A stretch of 64,000 nucleotides of DNA from Octopus vulgaris. Taxonomy: Eukaryota. The stretch is taken from the NCBI GenBank assembly GCA_951406725.2, contig OX597815.1:138074001-138138000 (forward strand), written 5' to 3'. Position 1 is the stretch's first letter. Every line of letters begins with the position of its first letter. Below, piece by piece: positions 1 to 12,810 of the stretch. A program made the position numbers and the translations under genes. The notes below the pieces were generated by a model that worked only from the letters and a program-made list of their open reading frames with translations, had not been told where the DNA came from and made no database searches.

Positions 1-444
1 TAATGATTTTGCAAAATGGACACGTAAAAAAAAAATCAACACATATCTTTTAAACAATTCTAACTGCTGAATTATTTGTAGCCATATTTGGTTAATGTTG
101 TTCATATTTTAGGTAGGGTAGTATATTTTGTCATCCTGTTTCTTATAGCTCACATTTCTGTAATAACCTACTCACACACACATGCACATGTATGATTTTA
201 CTCACACATATACACACACACCACATATATGTAACTTTACACACTACTTCACTAATTTGAACTGCTTAAAATCCTGGTGATAGTTGAAGAGTAAATTCCA
301 AGGTAGGCTTAGTCATATTTATTGATACACATTAAAATCTGAATTTTTATACTCCACATGTCTCTCTCTCAATTACATTTCTACTTTTTTAACATTTCTA
401 CTTATAAACTACTTGATGATATATTTATAATATGGCATATTTAT

Positions 445-802
445 TTATACATACATACATACATGCATGCATGCATGCATGCATGCATGCATACATACAT
501 ACATACATAAATAAAAACAGACAGACAGGCACACCTTCAAAATATGGCATGTATGCATATATTACATTAATGCATAAACTTACATATATAATGAAAATAT
601 GTACATACATACATGCTTGCCTATATGGATATATAAGCACATAGATACCTGTATAAATATATAAGCACATACATACATACATACACACACATACACACAT
701 TCACGCACACACATACATACATACATACATACATACATACACACATTCACACACACGTACATACATACATACACACATTCACACACACATGCATGCATAC
801 AT

Positions 803-835
<33 letters not shown>

Positions 836-1355
836 TACATATATACATACACACATACCTGTATGTATGCATAAGTAATTACACTCACACACTTTCAGAA
901 TATGGCATGTATGCATAATGCATAAACTTACATGTATAATGAAAATACATACATATATACTTACGTGTATGCATACATAAATATATACATACATGTAACT
1001 TTTATCCTTTGCTTGTTTCAGTCATTAGACTGTGGTCATGCTGGGGCACTACTTTGAAGAATTTTAGTCAAATGAATTGAACCCCAATAAGCCTGGAGCT
1101 TATTCTATTGGTCTCTTTCACTGAGCTGGAAAGTTAGAGGAATGTAAACACACGAATATGTCTGTCTGTTTGTATGCATATATGTATGTTTGTATATATG
1201 TATATGTATGTATGTTTGTATATATGCATATGTATATATGTATGTTTGTATATATGTATATGTATGTTTGTATATATATGTAAGTATATATATATATTTG
1301 TATATATATGTAAGTATATATATATTTTTGTATATATATGTAAGTATATATATAT
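445..1355. repeat. Compound (TACA)n/(CA)n/(TATG)n microsatellite field
   Basis: Directly visible low-complexity repeats; source of the many spurious Y/I/H/T/V/C/M-rich ORFs. Confidence 0.95.
1000..1160 (-). mobile_element. SINE family A, 3' fragment
   Basis: Matches the reverse complement of the tail ggtgctccagcatggccgcagtc..gactgaaacaag seen in fuller copies at 43211 and 57611. Confidence 0.8.
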
Positions 1356-1357
1356 TT

Positions 1358-1510
1358 TTCTCTCCTTGTTTTTTCTGTGTCCCTTTCTGTAGAAGAGCAT
1401 AGGCTCGAAATGTAAAACACTTTTTCTATTCCTGAGCGTTATACTAATACATCTGTTTGTTTTGTACACCAATTGTCTTCGTCTTTTGTTTTTTTTCGTA
1501 AACTCTCCTT
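1358..1510 (+). mobile_element. PLE-like 3' terminal fragment with degenerate hammerhead-like motif
   Basis: ctgtagaagagcataggctcgaaatgta followed by a T-rich tail ending in (TA)n; homologous to 12880, 26580, 38310 and 52330. Confidence 0.6.
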
Positions 1511-1659
1511 ACATATATATATATATATATATATAAGTACTTTGGTCAATCCATTCAACTAAAAATTCTTCAAGGTGGGATTCCAGCATGGCTGCAGTCT
1601 AATGACTAAAATAATTAAAAGATAAAAGACATACACACACATATATATATATATAGCTA

Positions 1660-2600
1660 GCTGTTAGAAAGCACTTGACTTGTCCCTTCACTCATGGAGA
1701 TAAGGTGAAGAACTTGTGAATAGGTAGCCAGGGAGCCTGGAGAAACTGGTTAATCTTCTTAAAAGCAAACTTGGAGGAGAAACACTCATATCAGCAGAAA
1801 GTTATGTATGGGTAAATATCCTGTAAGCTTGAGGATACTAACAGTATTGACTGGATGAGTAGCTTCTCCTAGACTTGTGACAGATACATTGCATCTCACC
1901 TAGAAGGTTATGTCTTCACTGTCCAAGAACTGGAGATAGATATATCTGATCAACAATGGAGATAAAGATACCTCCAAACTTCCATGTTGTGACAGTTAAT
2001 GTTGACTCTCACATCAGTGTGGAAGATATCACCCATATCATCAACAACTGTCCAAAAATGTTTGCAAGGTTCCATCTTCTCATGGGACATGACATTGTTG
2101 TCGAAACCATTCAAATTGTGTTGCCAAAACTGTTTACAATGCTATCCCCAGGAATGATAGCCCCGATGGCCATACCAAAGGCACACCAGAACCAATATTT
2201 ATACACACCTTTAAAAATAAGAAATACATGTGGAGCATTCCAGTAAAAACAACAATCTAATGCAAACACAATAGGTCTGATATTGTTCTATGGGACAAGG
2301 AATAAAAGTTGTACATTATTGTGGAAGTCAGCTGCTGAATGGATGTCAATGTCTTGTGTAAAATTGGTGGAAAAGAGAGAACATCTATAGTGAAGTAATA
2401 AGAAACTTACAGCCAATATCCAGGCTATAGATTTTGATTTGTACATTGGTGCATTGAGTTATGTAAGATCAGATTTACATAATACTCTAGAAATGTAGGG
2501 TTTCTCCAAGAAAGAACAAATCAAACTGATTTGCATCCTCCAAATATGACCAACCAATGGTATAGGGAAAATTTATTAAACTCCAAAGTCTCTCTATTTG
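1660..2600 (+). mobile_element. Decayed RLE-type (R4/Dong-like) non-LTR retrotransposon, C-terminal region
   Basis: Translations SHLEGYVFTVQE, VEDITHIINNCPKMFARFHLLMGHDIVVETI (CCHC/RHD region) and KHNRSDIVLWDKE..IIVEVSC (PD-(D/E)xK-like); stops and frameshifts. Confidence 0.75.
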
Positions 2601-2751
2601 CGTTTCCTGGAATCCTGGAATGAACATGCACACACCATCAGATTTGCATATGGCAAACATACATGCACAGAATTATATATGTACATGCTTGCATGCATGT
2701 GCATGCGCACGCACACACACACAGCTTGATATACACAAATAGTTACGAAAC

Positions 2752-2897
2752 ATGTTAGGAAGAGCCTCCAGCCATAGAAACCATGTCAAAACAGACATGG
2801 AGTCGAAACAGCCCTTCAGCTGGCCAGCTCCTGTCACACCATCCAACCTATGCCTGGATGGAAAACGGATGTTAAATGATGATGATGATGATGATGA
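2752..2897 (+). mobile_element. SINE 3' fragment with (GAT)n tail
   Basis: gttaggaagagcctccagccatagaaa...ggaaaacggatgttaaatgatgatgat, a typical SINE body plus simple-repeat tail. Confidence 0.6.
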
Positions 2898-3380
2898 CAA
2901 AAAACGTGTATTAAAGTGACATGCGCACTCCTTGTATGAGTGCAAGTTTATTCATGTATGCACCTACATGTATGCACACATTAACATGTTTACATATGTA
3001 CAAATTCCAGGAATTGTCATAAACAAAAAAGCCATGTCATTTTGTTAGCGAGTGACTTGAATCCAATGAAGGAAGACTTAAATAATCTCAAAGACAAATT
3101 ATACATTGACACACGCATGCACGCACACACACACACACACACACAAACATACAAACATTTTATGTGTACACAATCAAACAGTTCTACACATGGTGTGACA
3201 TTTATGCTTGTACACATATATGCATGTGAGTAACATGCGCACACATACACACACCGAAACAATTATGCAGTTGATGTCTAAATATCAATGAAAGATCCTT
3301 GTTTCAGGGTTAAGAATCAGAAACTGGCTCTTTTCCTATTGATGAGAAATTTAAAAAGTAAGACCAGCGTGTGTGTATGT

Positions 3381-3453
<73 letters not shown>

Positions 3454-4633
3454 AACACGCACACACACACTTTAAATCTGTTTTCGTTATTAATTAATGT
3501 CTAGGAAACATTTTTACCATTTTTACCCCCAAAATCCAAATTGTTTTAGTGGAGCTTTTTTGTTAAAAGGTATTCTGAAACCTGTATTATTGAACAATAT
3601 TTCAAGTATTATTGGACAATATTTCAATTTGCCACTCCAAAATCTTTAAAAGGGTTTATAAATGATTCACTGAAGAAGTGAAAATGTTTTTTTTTTAATT
3701 AAAAAGAAAAAATTTTGACAAGTGATATTTTGCAGCTTATTTATCTGTTGTATACACTGCATTCATACAACATTGTTTTGCTGGTAACTACACAGCTATT
3801 GTCAGTGTGCATTGTAAAGTATTTTGTAGCACTTGCTACTTGTGATACATACTATGTTGTCTTGCATAGTTATTAGTGGCCTTAATAAGTAGTAAGTAGT
3901 AATTGTATATTTGGTGTTAGAATGAATAATACCGCACAGAGACTGAAATTATCTGGTGATTCTTAAAAGTGAAAATAGCTGAACTAACAACTATTTTAAA
4001 TTGACATTGAAGTAGTTATATGTAATATAAATGACACTGAGATTTTTCGTTTTTTTGATCATTAATACTATCTCTGATGATAACATGAGAACAGTATTTA
4101 CAGCTTTACAGAGATGTACTTGCATAGCAAGTGATTTGATCTGAGATCATGTGCTGAAACGAAAACAATTGCAGTGTGGAAGGTGTTTGTAAGCCATTTA
4201 AGAAACACACACGAATTTTTGTCAGTGAACAGGTCGCGGTCTTAAAGCGACGAAAATATTTTGACAAATTAAACTTAAATGTTGAAGTGAATCGAATGGC
4301 TTTTGTTTGTTAGTATTTACAGCAATATATTGGAAAGATGTTAGATTTAATTTTCAATCTTTTATAATGACATAGTATTGAGATCTTTAAGTGCTGACTT
4401 ACTGAACCTTTCGTTTAAACTGTTGGTGCCACACCACTTTTCTTTGTCTGACAATAGGTTCAGTTCAGTTTCATAGTTGAGTGGTTAGCAATAGGAAGGA
4501 AGGGCATAAGGTCATAAAATATTTCCTAGAATAGGTAAAATAGACAAATTTTTCAAATCTATTCTACTCATCTTAGGATGGAATTATAGATGTAAAATAT
4601 TTTTTTTTTTTTATAAATTACATTCTAATATTA

Positions 4634-4851
4634 AGGCAGTGACCTAGCAGAATTGTTTACCTGCCAGGCAAAATGCTTAGCGGCATTTCATCTGTTTTTA
4701 TGTTGTGTGTTCAAATCCTGCCAAGGTTGACTTTACCTTTCATCCTACTGGGATTGGTAAAATAAATACCAGTTGAGTACTGGGGGTCGATGTAATCGAC
4801 TTGCCCCCTCTCTTGAAGCTGCTGGCCTTGTGCCAAAATTTGAAACCAATA
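4634..4851 (+). mobile_element. SINE family B, full length
   Basis: ggcagtgacctagcagaa head, B-box-like gttcaaatcc, central cctttcatcct..taaaataaataccag, tail ccttgtgccaaaatttgaaacc; more than 10 copies in the window. Confidence 0.85.
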
Positions 4852-6627
4852 TTTCCTAATACATTTTACAAATATATAACTCTGTAATTTCAAATACTAA
4901 TCAAATAATGATAATGAATCTGTAAGAATTTGCATATTAATTGAAACTTAGCAATGTAAGTACACAGTGTCTGTGTTGTAGTTATTAATTAAATGCCATT
5001 TATTGTTCTCTTTTCTCTTTATTTTCAATTATTTTAGAATTATTGTTTGATATGTTCTCAGGGAAAGGAATTAAATTGAGTGAATACAGATTTTGATATA
5101 TGTAATGCTATGGTTAAGTAGCTATATGTATTGAGTTTTGTGAACGAAAGTAAATGAAACCGTCCTGATAAGAGAGAAGCAGCTTTTATTCGTTTTAAAA
5201 TTTCATATTCTATTTGGTGATTGATAGCATTGTTGATTACAAGTTTCTAATGGACAAATGACAGGATCACTGCATTTTTGACGGCAGCAGTGACAAGGGA
5301 TTGTCTGTGCAACTTGGGTGAAACAAACACCATTTAGTATTTTTATTAAAAAATTTAAAAGCATCAGTTTTTAGGTTTCTTGCTATTTTTTACATCTTAT
5401 TCTGTGAAGTACGTACACACACACATGCACACACACACGCATGTACACACACATATACACACACACACACACACAGCTTTTGTAGTTTTCATCTACTCTG
5501 CTCACAAGGCAGTGGTCAGTAGAATGCTATGGAAGAAAACACTCGCTCAAGATATTGCATAGTGGGATCAAATTCAGAACCATGTAGTAACCCCCCCCCA
5601 AAAAAAACAACAAACAAACAAAATAACAAACAAAAAAAACAACAACATCTTAACCACATGGATATGTCTGTATCCATAACTTTGCATCCTGCTGTGTTTT
5701 TAAAAGTGAGAGAATTAAAATATTGTTATGTTCTGATTTCACATATATTTTGTGTGCAAGGTTTAGAATGGACTGATTATATCCATTCAAATAGGAAATA
5801 AGAAATTTCAATAGAATAACTATTTCTGTACAAATTCTGTTATTGAATATATTTTAATTGTTTTTTTTTTTGTAATTACATGTTGCGAAAATTGTTTGGT
5901 TACAAAATTTGGTTTTGTAAAAATTATTTGTTTGTAAATCTCGCATATTTTTTCCATCAGACACTGTGGATTCTTTAAATCTTTTACCAAGATTCTTTTA
6001 GTCTCTGTGTAATAATGGCATGAAGACAAATTAAATAAACCCTTTTGAATTTTAATGTTTCTGTTTTGTTTTTCTTGTTTGTATTTAAAGGTAGAAATCA
6101 AAGAAATCAACAAAAACCTCATTCGCTGAATGAATAAATGTTTATTCAAATTTATTTTATTGTGAGGGAGCAATTATACCAAAGGTCAGAATATTTTATA
6201 AAAGGACATTTTGTAGAGTAATATGTAAATGCCATTAAGCCCATATTCTATAGAAATATTATCTCTTTCATGTATAGGCATAACATTGAATTTACAAAAA
6301 CCTTTGTTTCTAAAGCCATTCTGAATCACTGATTTTATCTGAGTCATGGGTAGCTACACATGAAATAAAGCAAATATTAAATTTACTTTAATAATTAAAT
6401 GAAGTACAAGTATCTGCACATTAGTATGAGCGATACAAGTTTATTAGTACTGTACGAGCTTATTAGTACTGTACCAGTAAACTATTCTAGTGGCTGTGGA
6501 AATTTGAAGTTCCTGCTTGTAAGTGGGTTATAAGATGTTCAAAACCATCCCATCCAGAAAGTCAGTGTCGTACCTGTATGAAAAAAAAAAGTGGGTATCT
6601 ATCAACAGCACATGCTACTTGACAATT

Positions 6628-7220
6628 GCCCTCTTGTCATCCTTGCTGGTCCTATGATTGTCCTCTCCTTTACTAATGCCCTCTTTTCTTGCCATCTTTG
6701 CTGGTCCCATCATTGTCCTCTCCTTCACTAATGCCCTCTTCTCTTATCACCCTTGCTGGTCCCATCAATGTCTTCTTCACTATTACCCTCTTCTCTTGTC
6801 ATCATTGCTGGTCCCATCAATATCCTCTCCTTCACTATTACCCTCTTCTCTTGTCATCATTGCTGGTCCCATCAATATTCTCTCCTTCACTAATGCGATC
6901 TTCTCTTGTTATCCTTGCTGCCCCCATCAATATCCTCTCCTTCACTAATGCTCTCTTCTCTTATCACCCCTGCTGGTCCCATCAATGTCTTCTCCTTCAC
7001 TATTACTCTCTTCTCTTGTCATCATTGCTGGTCCCACCAATGTCCTCTCTTTCACTAATGCCCTCGTTTGTTGTCATCATTGCTGGTCTCATCAATATTC
7101 TCTCCTTCACTAATGCCCTCTTCTCTTATCACCCTTACTGGTCCCATCAATGTCTTCTCCTTCACTATTACCCTCTTCTCTTGTCATCTTTGCTGGTCCC
7201 ATCAATGCCCTCTCCTTTCT
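6628..7220. repeat. 55-bp minisatellite, about 11 copies
   Basis: tgctggtcccatcaat unit recurs at 6861, 6916, 6971, 7026, 7081 and 7136; about two more units at 7425-7540. Confidence 0.95.
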
Positions 7221-7904
7221 GGCTCTCCGAAAACCACTCTCCATGAATTAGTATAATAGATTATAATGTCCAGAGTCTGAAGAGTGTGTGATCGTCAACT
7301 TTACACCAAACATATTGAGAACTTAATATGTCAATTGTTCATAAGAACAATAAACCAATGTGCTTTAAAAGCTTGAAGAAAAAAGACTGTGGTGGAAAGG
7401 TAAATTTCATAACTGCCTGTATCTTTGCTGGTCCCATCAATGTCCTCTCCTTCACTGATGTCCTCTTTTGTTTTCATCATTGCTGGTCCCATCAATGTCC
7501 TCTCCTTCACTAATGCCCTCTTCTCTTGTCATCCTTGCTATATCTCATTCTTACCTTGAAAATATGTCCGAAACACTTTCATATTAGTCATTAGAATTGT
7601 ATTTTCCTCCTCACCCATATTTTTATTATAGATTTTGAACTACAGGAATTCAAACAAAACATTGACAACATCCATCTCTCCTGTAGGGAGTAGAGAAGTT
7701 ACGAGAATAGTCTTATTCTCCAACTAAGAACTAAGTAATTACACTATCATTGATCTACATCTCTTGTATAATATTGCAATTAACATGATTTGTAATGACG
7801 CGAAAATTGTAAATTGTGTGAGTTGTTAGAGCATCAGATACATTGTTCAGTGGTGGACTCATTGTACTTCAAACCTGCCAAGGAGATCTTTACATTTTAT
7901 GCTT

Positions 7905-8122
7905 TCTGTGTTTGTGTGTCTGTGTTTGTCCCACCAACATTGCTTGACAACCGATGCTAGTGTGTTTACATCCCTGTAACTTGGAGTTTCATCAAAAGAG
8001 ACCGATAAAATAAGTACTAGGCTTACAAAGAATAAGTCCTGGGGTTGATTTGCTCGACTAAAGTCGGTGCTCCAGCATGGCCACAGTCAAATGACTGAAG
8101 CAAGTAAAAGAGAGTAAAGAGT
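7905..8122 (+). mobile_element. SINE family A, 3' half
   Basis: gtgtttgtccc..gcttgacaaccgatgct..ggtgctccagcatggccacagtcaaatgactgaagcaagtaaaagag. Confidence 0.85.
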
Positions 8123-9599
8123 ATCCAGAGCAATGGATTGGTAAAACTGTAAGAATGTTGAACTTGATGCCTTGTGGTCTTTGTTCTGTCTCCTTGCAAT
8201 CTGCCGTGGCCTATTTGGTTGATAGATTAAATCCATTTAGCGTAACCTCTTGGAGCTGTTGCTACCCATAGGAGAATCCACTCTCCAGTTTGATGACCTT
8301 TCTATCTTCCCATTAAGCATGGATGCCTTGTAAACAGTTCTGGGCACCGTCTTCCTCTTAATTATATATTTAGAACTTAATATGTCAATTGTTCATAAGA
8401 ACAATAAACCAATGTGCTTTAAAAGCTTGAAGAAAAAAGACTGTAGTGAAACGGTTAATTTCATAGCTGTTTCCATAATGCATATTATGAAAATCATTTA
8501 TTAGAAGCTATGTAGATTGAATTAGTGATTTCTTTGTTACTAGTTTAAAGGATTTATTTTTATAGAAATGAACTGATTTAGACTTTTTCTGTTGACTAGT
8601 TTTACGTTCATTCTCCTGATAACCAAGAAAGTTATTCATGAGGATTGTAGGTTTTGCTGAAATTTGTCATATGAATGGAATCATTTGCATATTGCCTCCT
8701 CCACCAGGTATGTATTATATTGTTTTTATCATTATACTGTTTATTTTTATTCATAGCTGCAATAAAATGTTTTTCAATTGCACAACAATTTATTCAGCAT
8801 AAAAGTAATTCAGTGAAGCTGGATATACTTTTATTGAAAACTGACTCTGCTTCTTAAACCACCCAGTTCAGGATGAATAATCTGCTTAGACTATAGCAGT
8901 TTGATGCCAATCCCAGTTCCTTAGTTTCTTAACAAGAATGGAAACGTTGGTTGGGGAGATTTGAAAATTTCCAGGCAAGTTTTTCTTTTAAACGATTTGA
9001 AGAGTCTTCTCAACTTTGTGACACCAAAAAGACAAAACGATCTCTGTATGGGCTACTTATAAAAATACTAGTATTTTTGTAAGCACAATACCAGAAAAAT
9101 AAACATTAAGTTTTTGCCTGCTATTGTCTTGCATCTGTGCTGCAAATTTAGCTATTGTATTATTTTTCTCATATTTTATACAGTAATAGAAATATAGAAG
9201 ATACTTATTGAATATTAACGAACTGGTCATTGATACTAAATTAGGAAAAAAAAAATTATAAAAAGTAAAACTTTGATATTTAATACTATATTGTGTTAAG
9301 GAAATAAAAATGTAAATATAATATCTCACGTGTGCGTTAATATACAAAAATGTGTTGGTATTGTGATATATCAATATGTGTAAAAAAGTTGCATCCTTTT
9401 CGCTAAAATGGATTATGTCCCTTCGGAGATGATTTATTCTGTATTTATGTATTTATTAAAATAATATTTAGAAAATATTGGTTTCATATTGAAAAAGGTA
9501 AAAGATAAAACAAAGTCCGAGTTACGAGCTCATACGATTCAATAGCTTAGCAAAAATGACAAAAATTTGATTATATCAGTAACCGATGATTAAGAAAGA

Positions 9600-9800
9600 T
9601 GGAGAGCTTGCAGAATCGTTTGTACGCCGGACAAAGTGCTTAGCGGCATTTTCTTCCGGTTTTATGCTGTAAATTCAAATTCTATCGAGGTCAACTGTGA
9701 TTTTCATCCTTTCGGGTTCAATAAAATAAGTACCAGTCTAGTATCAATATAATCGATTAGCCATTCCCAACAAATTTAAGGTCCTCTATTTATAAAATAG
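9600..9800 (+). mobile_element. SINE family B, diverged
   Basis: gagcttgcagaatcgtt..gcttagcggcattt..ttcatcctttcgggttcaataaaataagtaccag. Confidence 0.8.
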
Positions 9801-9969
9801 AAAAAATTCTGATGGTTAAAGGGAAAAAACTCTTATACTACAGTACTCTCCCTTTAAAACTACGCGTTTTAAGGGAGAAAACTCTTCGTTGTGAAGTAAT
9901 CTCCCTTATTAAAATGGTGGCTAAGTTGAGGCTGGGAGAAAACAAACATACGTGTGCACTCCCAACACA

Positions 9970-10049
<80 letters not shown>

Positions 10050-10094
10050 TCGTCGCTGTTCTTTTTTTTTTTAATTCCAGTCTATTTTTTCCAA

Positions 10095-10790
10095 TATTAG
10101 CCCAAGTCATGTCTTACTTCAGAGCACCACCTGATGAAGTCTCTCAAATTGTGTTTGGTACCATTCGCCCATTTAAGTAGAGAGCTGTTCTGGTTGAAAT
10201 GTATCCGGTGCAAGTGATATTCTTGTATTTCGTGGAGGAATTTTTCAGGTACTTTTTAAAGGTTGTGGAATCTTTCTCTCTCTCGATTTGTTTCAAGATA
10301 TAATGTTAAATAAGGCAGGTTAAATTGAGGTAAAATGTCGCAATGTGATGATACCTTGTGAACTCGATTTTTTAGGGTCCATACAGTACGGGGCCCCAGC
10401 ATTAAGTGATTTGTAAAACTGTTGCTAACATCATTTGGACAATGCTGGTGGAAGGAATATTGGTTTCAACTTTTGGCACAAAGCCAGTAATTTCAGGGGA
10501 AGGGTTAAGTCAATTAGTCAGCTCCAGTGCTCAACTGGTAGTTAATTTAACGACCCCGAAAAGATGAAAGGCAAAGTCAATCTCGGAGGAATTTGAACCC
10601 AGAATGTAAGGACGGACGAAACGTCGCTAAACATTTTACCCAGTGTACTAATGATTCTGTCAGCTCCCCGTCTTAATGCTGATGGAATATTTGTTCACGT
10701 TTTACAATTGGGAAAACTGCCAACGCAATGTTGGAAAGAATAGAGCTTGAGCTTTTTAAACGATCCCAATAATTTTTTCTCTAGGAAGCT
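10095..10790 (-). mobile_element. CR1-like LINE 3' fragment interrupted by a SINE
   Basis: Minus strand gives YWDRLKKLKLYSFQ and HQHCPNDVSNSF, homologous to ORF 16513-17103; 3' UTR motif ggtggtgct..agacatgac. Confidence 0.7.
10458..10674 (-). mobile_element. SINE family B with probable target-site duplication
   Basis: Full-length reverse copy flanked by aatgctggtggaa / aatgctgatggaa. Confidence 0.85.
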
Positions 10791-11414
10791 AAAATTCCCA
10801 TAATATTTATCTAGTAAAGGGAACCTAAAGTGGACAACAGCCTACAAGGGGAGATCGAGAAAAGGTTGAGATTAAAAGGACGATAATATTTGTATCTCCC
10901 CGTCGAGAAGGTTTACATTGTAGTTATATCTTCGTTTAAGGTCAATGCAAGTGATTACATCCTGCCACCAAATTACTGTTCGCTATTGAACTAAGAAATC
11001 ATTTGTTGTATCTCGCGAGGGTCACTATATTAATAATAAACTCACGTACTGGTTCCGTTTCACTTTTTAAAAATTTTTATTTGTCATTTTGTAACTATCA
11101 ACAAATTACCCAATCCATTGTTTAAATGATCGTTCGGTCAATCAATCAATCAATCAATCAATCAATTAGTTAGGGTCGTCAATGTCCTTTTTCACCATTG
11201 ACGATCTCTTAAAGACATACCCTCTCTTCTGTAGGTCTGGTCTAGCTATTGTTCCTGACACAAACCTTGCGGGGAATGTCATTAAAAAGATCGAGAATGA
11301 CGTTGAAATGACCTTTGACAAATCTGTTTCTTTGCCCGAATGAACGATTAATCAAAGAATGAATTAGTTAATAGGTTAAATGTTAACGAATTGACTAACA
11401 ATAATCCGCTATAC

Positions 11415-11590
11415 TATAAGCACAAGACCTAAAATTTTGGAGAAGGAGGATAATCGATTTACATCGACACCAGTGCACAATTGGTACTTATTTTATTGAC
11501 TCAGAAAGGACGACGGCCAAAGTCGACTTCTGCAGCATTTAACTCAGAACGTAGTCACTAAGCATCTTTATCCAGCGTGCTGTCAACCCA
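11415..11590 (-). mobile_element. SINE family B, diverged
   Basis: gcacaag..tacatcgacaccagtgcacaattggtacttatttt..aaagtcgac..aactcagaacgta. Confidence 0.75.
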
Positions 11591-11940
11591 TCAGCTTAAT
11601 AACAATAAAAGAAGTGAAAAATACAACCAGCACGTGCGATTATTATTGGCATAATGATTCTCCCGAGATGCAACAAATTATATTTCAACACACGAGTTAA
11701 AAAATCCAAATTATTTGCATATAGTTTCAAAAAAAAATTATTAATGGTTCCAGGGAGACAACTCTTTATAACCATTTATATTATCCGTTCCATTAAAGTG
11801 TATATGTACAACTTTATATATACAAGTTCTGTGAATGCACACAAAATTATCAATGTATGTATCAATTAATGGATACACATATACTATTAAGTATACATAT
11901 ACATTATGCATTATTTAAACACTTGGATTATTAATGTATA

Positions 11941-12039
11941 CCACATAGTTCTGGGTTCTGTCCCACATCTATTATTGCATCGGGTCGACCAAAGCCTTGT
12001 GAGTGGATTTAGTAGACGGAAATTGAATGAAGCCCGTCG

Positions 12040-12085
<46 letters not shown>

Positions 12086-12370
12086 CCTACCTACCTACCT
12101 ACCTACCTACCTACCTACCTACCTACCTACCTACATACATACATATGTAAGTATATATGTGTATGTGTGTGTGTGTGTTTGCGTCGGTGTTAGTCCTCCC
12201 AACCGGTGCTGGTGTGTTTACGTCCCCGTAACTTAGCAGTTCGGCAAAAAGATACCAATAGAATAAGTTCTGAGGGCCATTCGTTCCACTAAAATTCTTC
12301 AAGCTGGTGCCCCAGCTTGGCCGCAATCAAATTCATGATTGAAACAAGTAACAGATAAAAGAAAAGACAA
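11941..12370 (+). mobile_element. SINE family A with internal microsatellite
   Basis: ctgggttctgtcccac..gaccaaagccttgtgagtggattt..(TATC/TACC)n..cgtccccgtaacttagc..ggtgccccagc tail. Confidence 0.85.
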
Positions 12371-12388
12371 AGGCTATACAGCTAATAT

Positions 12389-12810
12389 TCTTTTATTTTT
12401 TTACTTGTTTCAGTCATTTGATTGCGGCCATGCTGGAGCACTGCCTTGAAGGGTTTTAGACGAACAAATGGGGCCCCAGGACTTAACTTTTTTAAAGCCT
12501 AGTACTTATTCGATCGGTCACTTTTGCGGGACGCTAAGTTATGGTGACGCAAACACACTAATACCGGTTGTCAAGTGGTACTGGAGTGACATACACGGAC
12601 ACACACATACATACACACGCGCGAACACACACACACGCACATACACGCACACACAGATATACAACGGCCTTCATACAGTTTCCGTCTACCAAATCTACTC
12701 ACGAAGCTTTAGTAGAAGACACCCCACCACAAGATACCACGCAGTGGAACAGAACCCGGAACCATGTTGTTTGGAAGCATGTTTCTTACCACACATTTAC
12801 GCCTGCGCCT
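12389..12810 (-). mobile_element. SINE family A, tail-to-tail with the preceding copy
   Basis: Reverse complement of family A from tail to tRNA-like head. Confidence 0.85.

Noticed and set aside
6628-7246. CRISPR-like array or 185-aa hydrophobic repeat protein
   Set aside because: Units are contiguous with no unique spacers, the 55-bp period is not a multiple of 3, and the context is eukaryotic
10128-10150. CTGATGA motifs here, at 13430(-), 43691 and 57127 as hammerheads
   Set aside because: No correctly placed stem II, GAAA and UH with a pairing stem I
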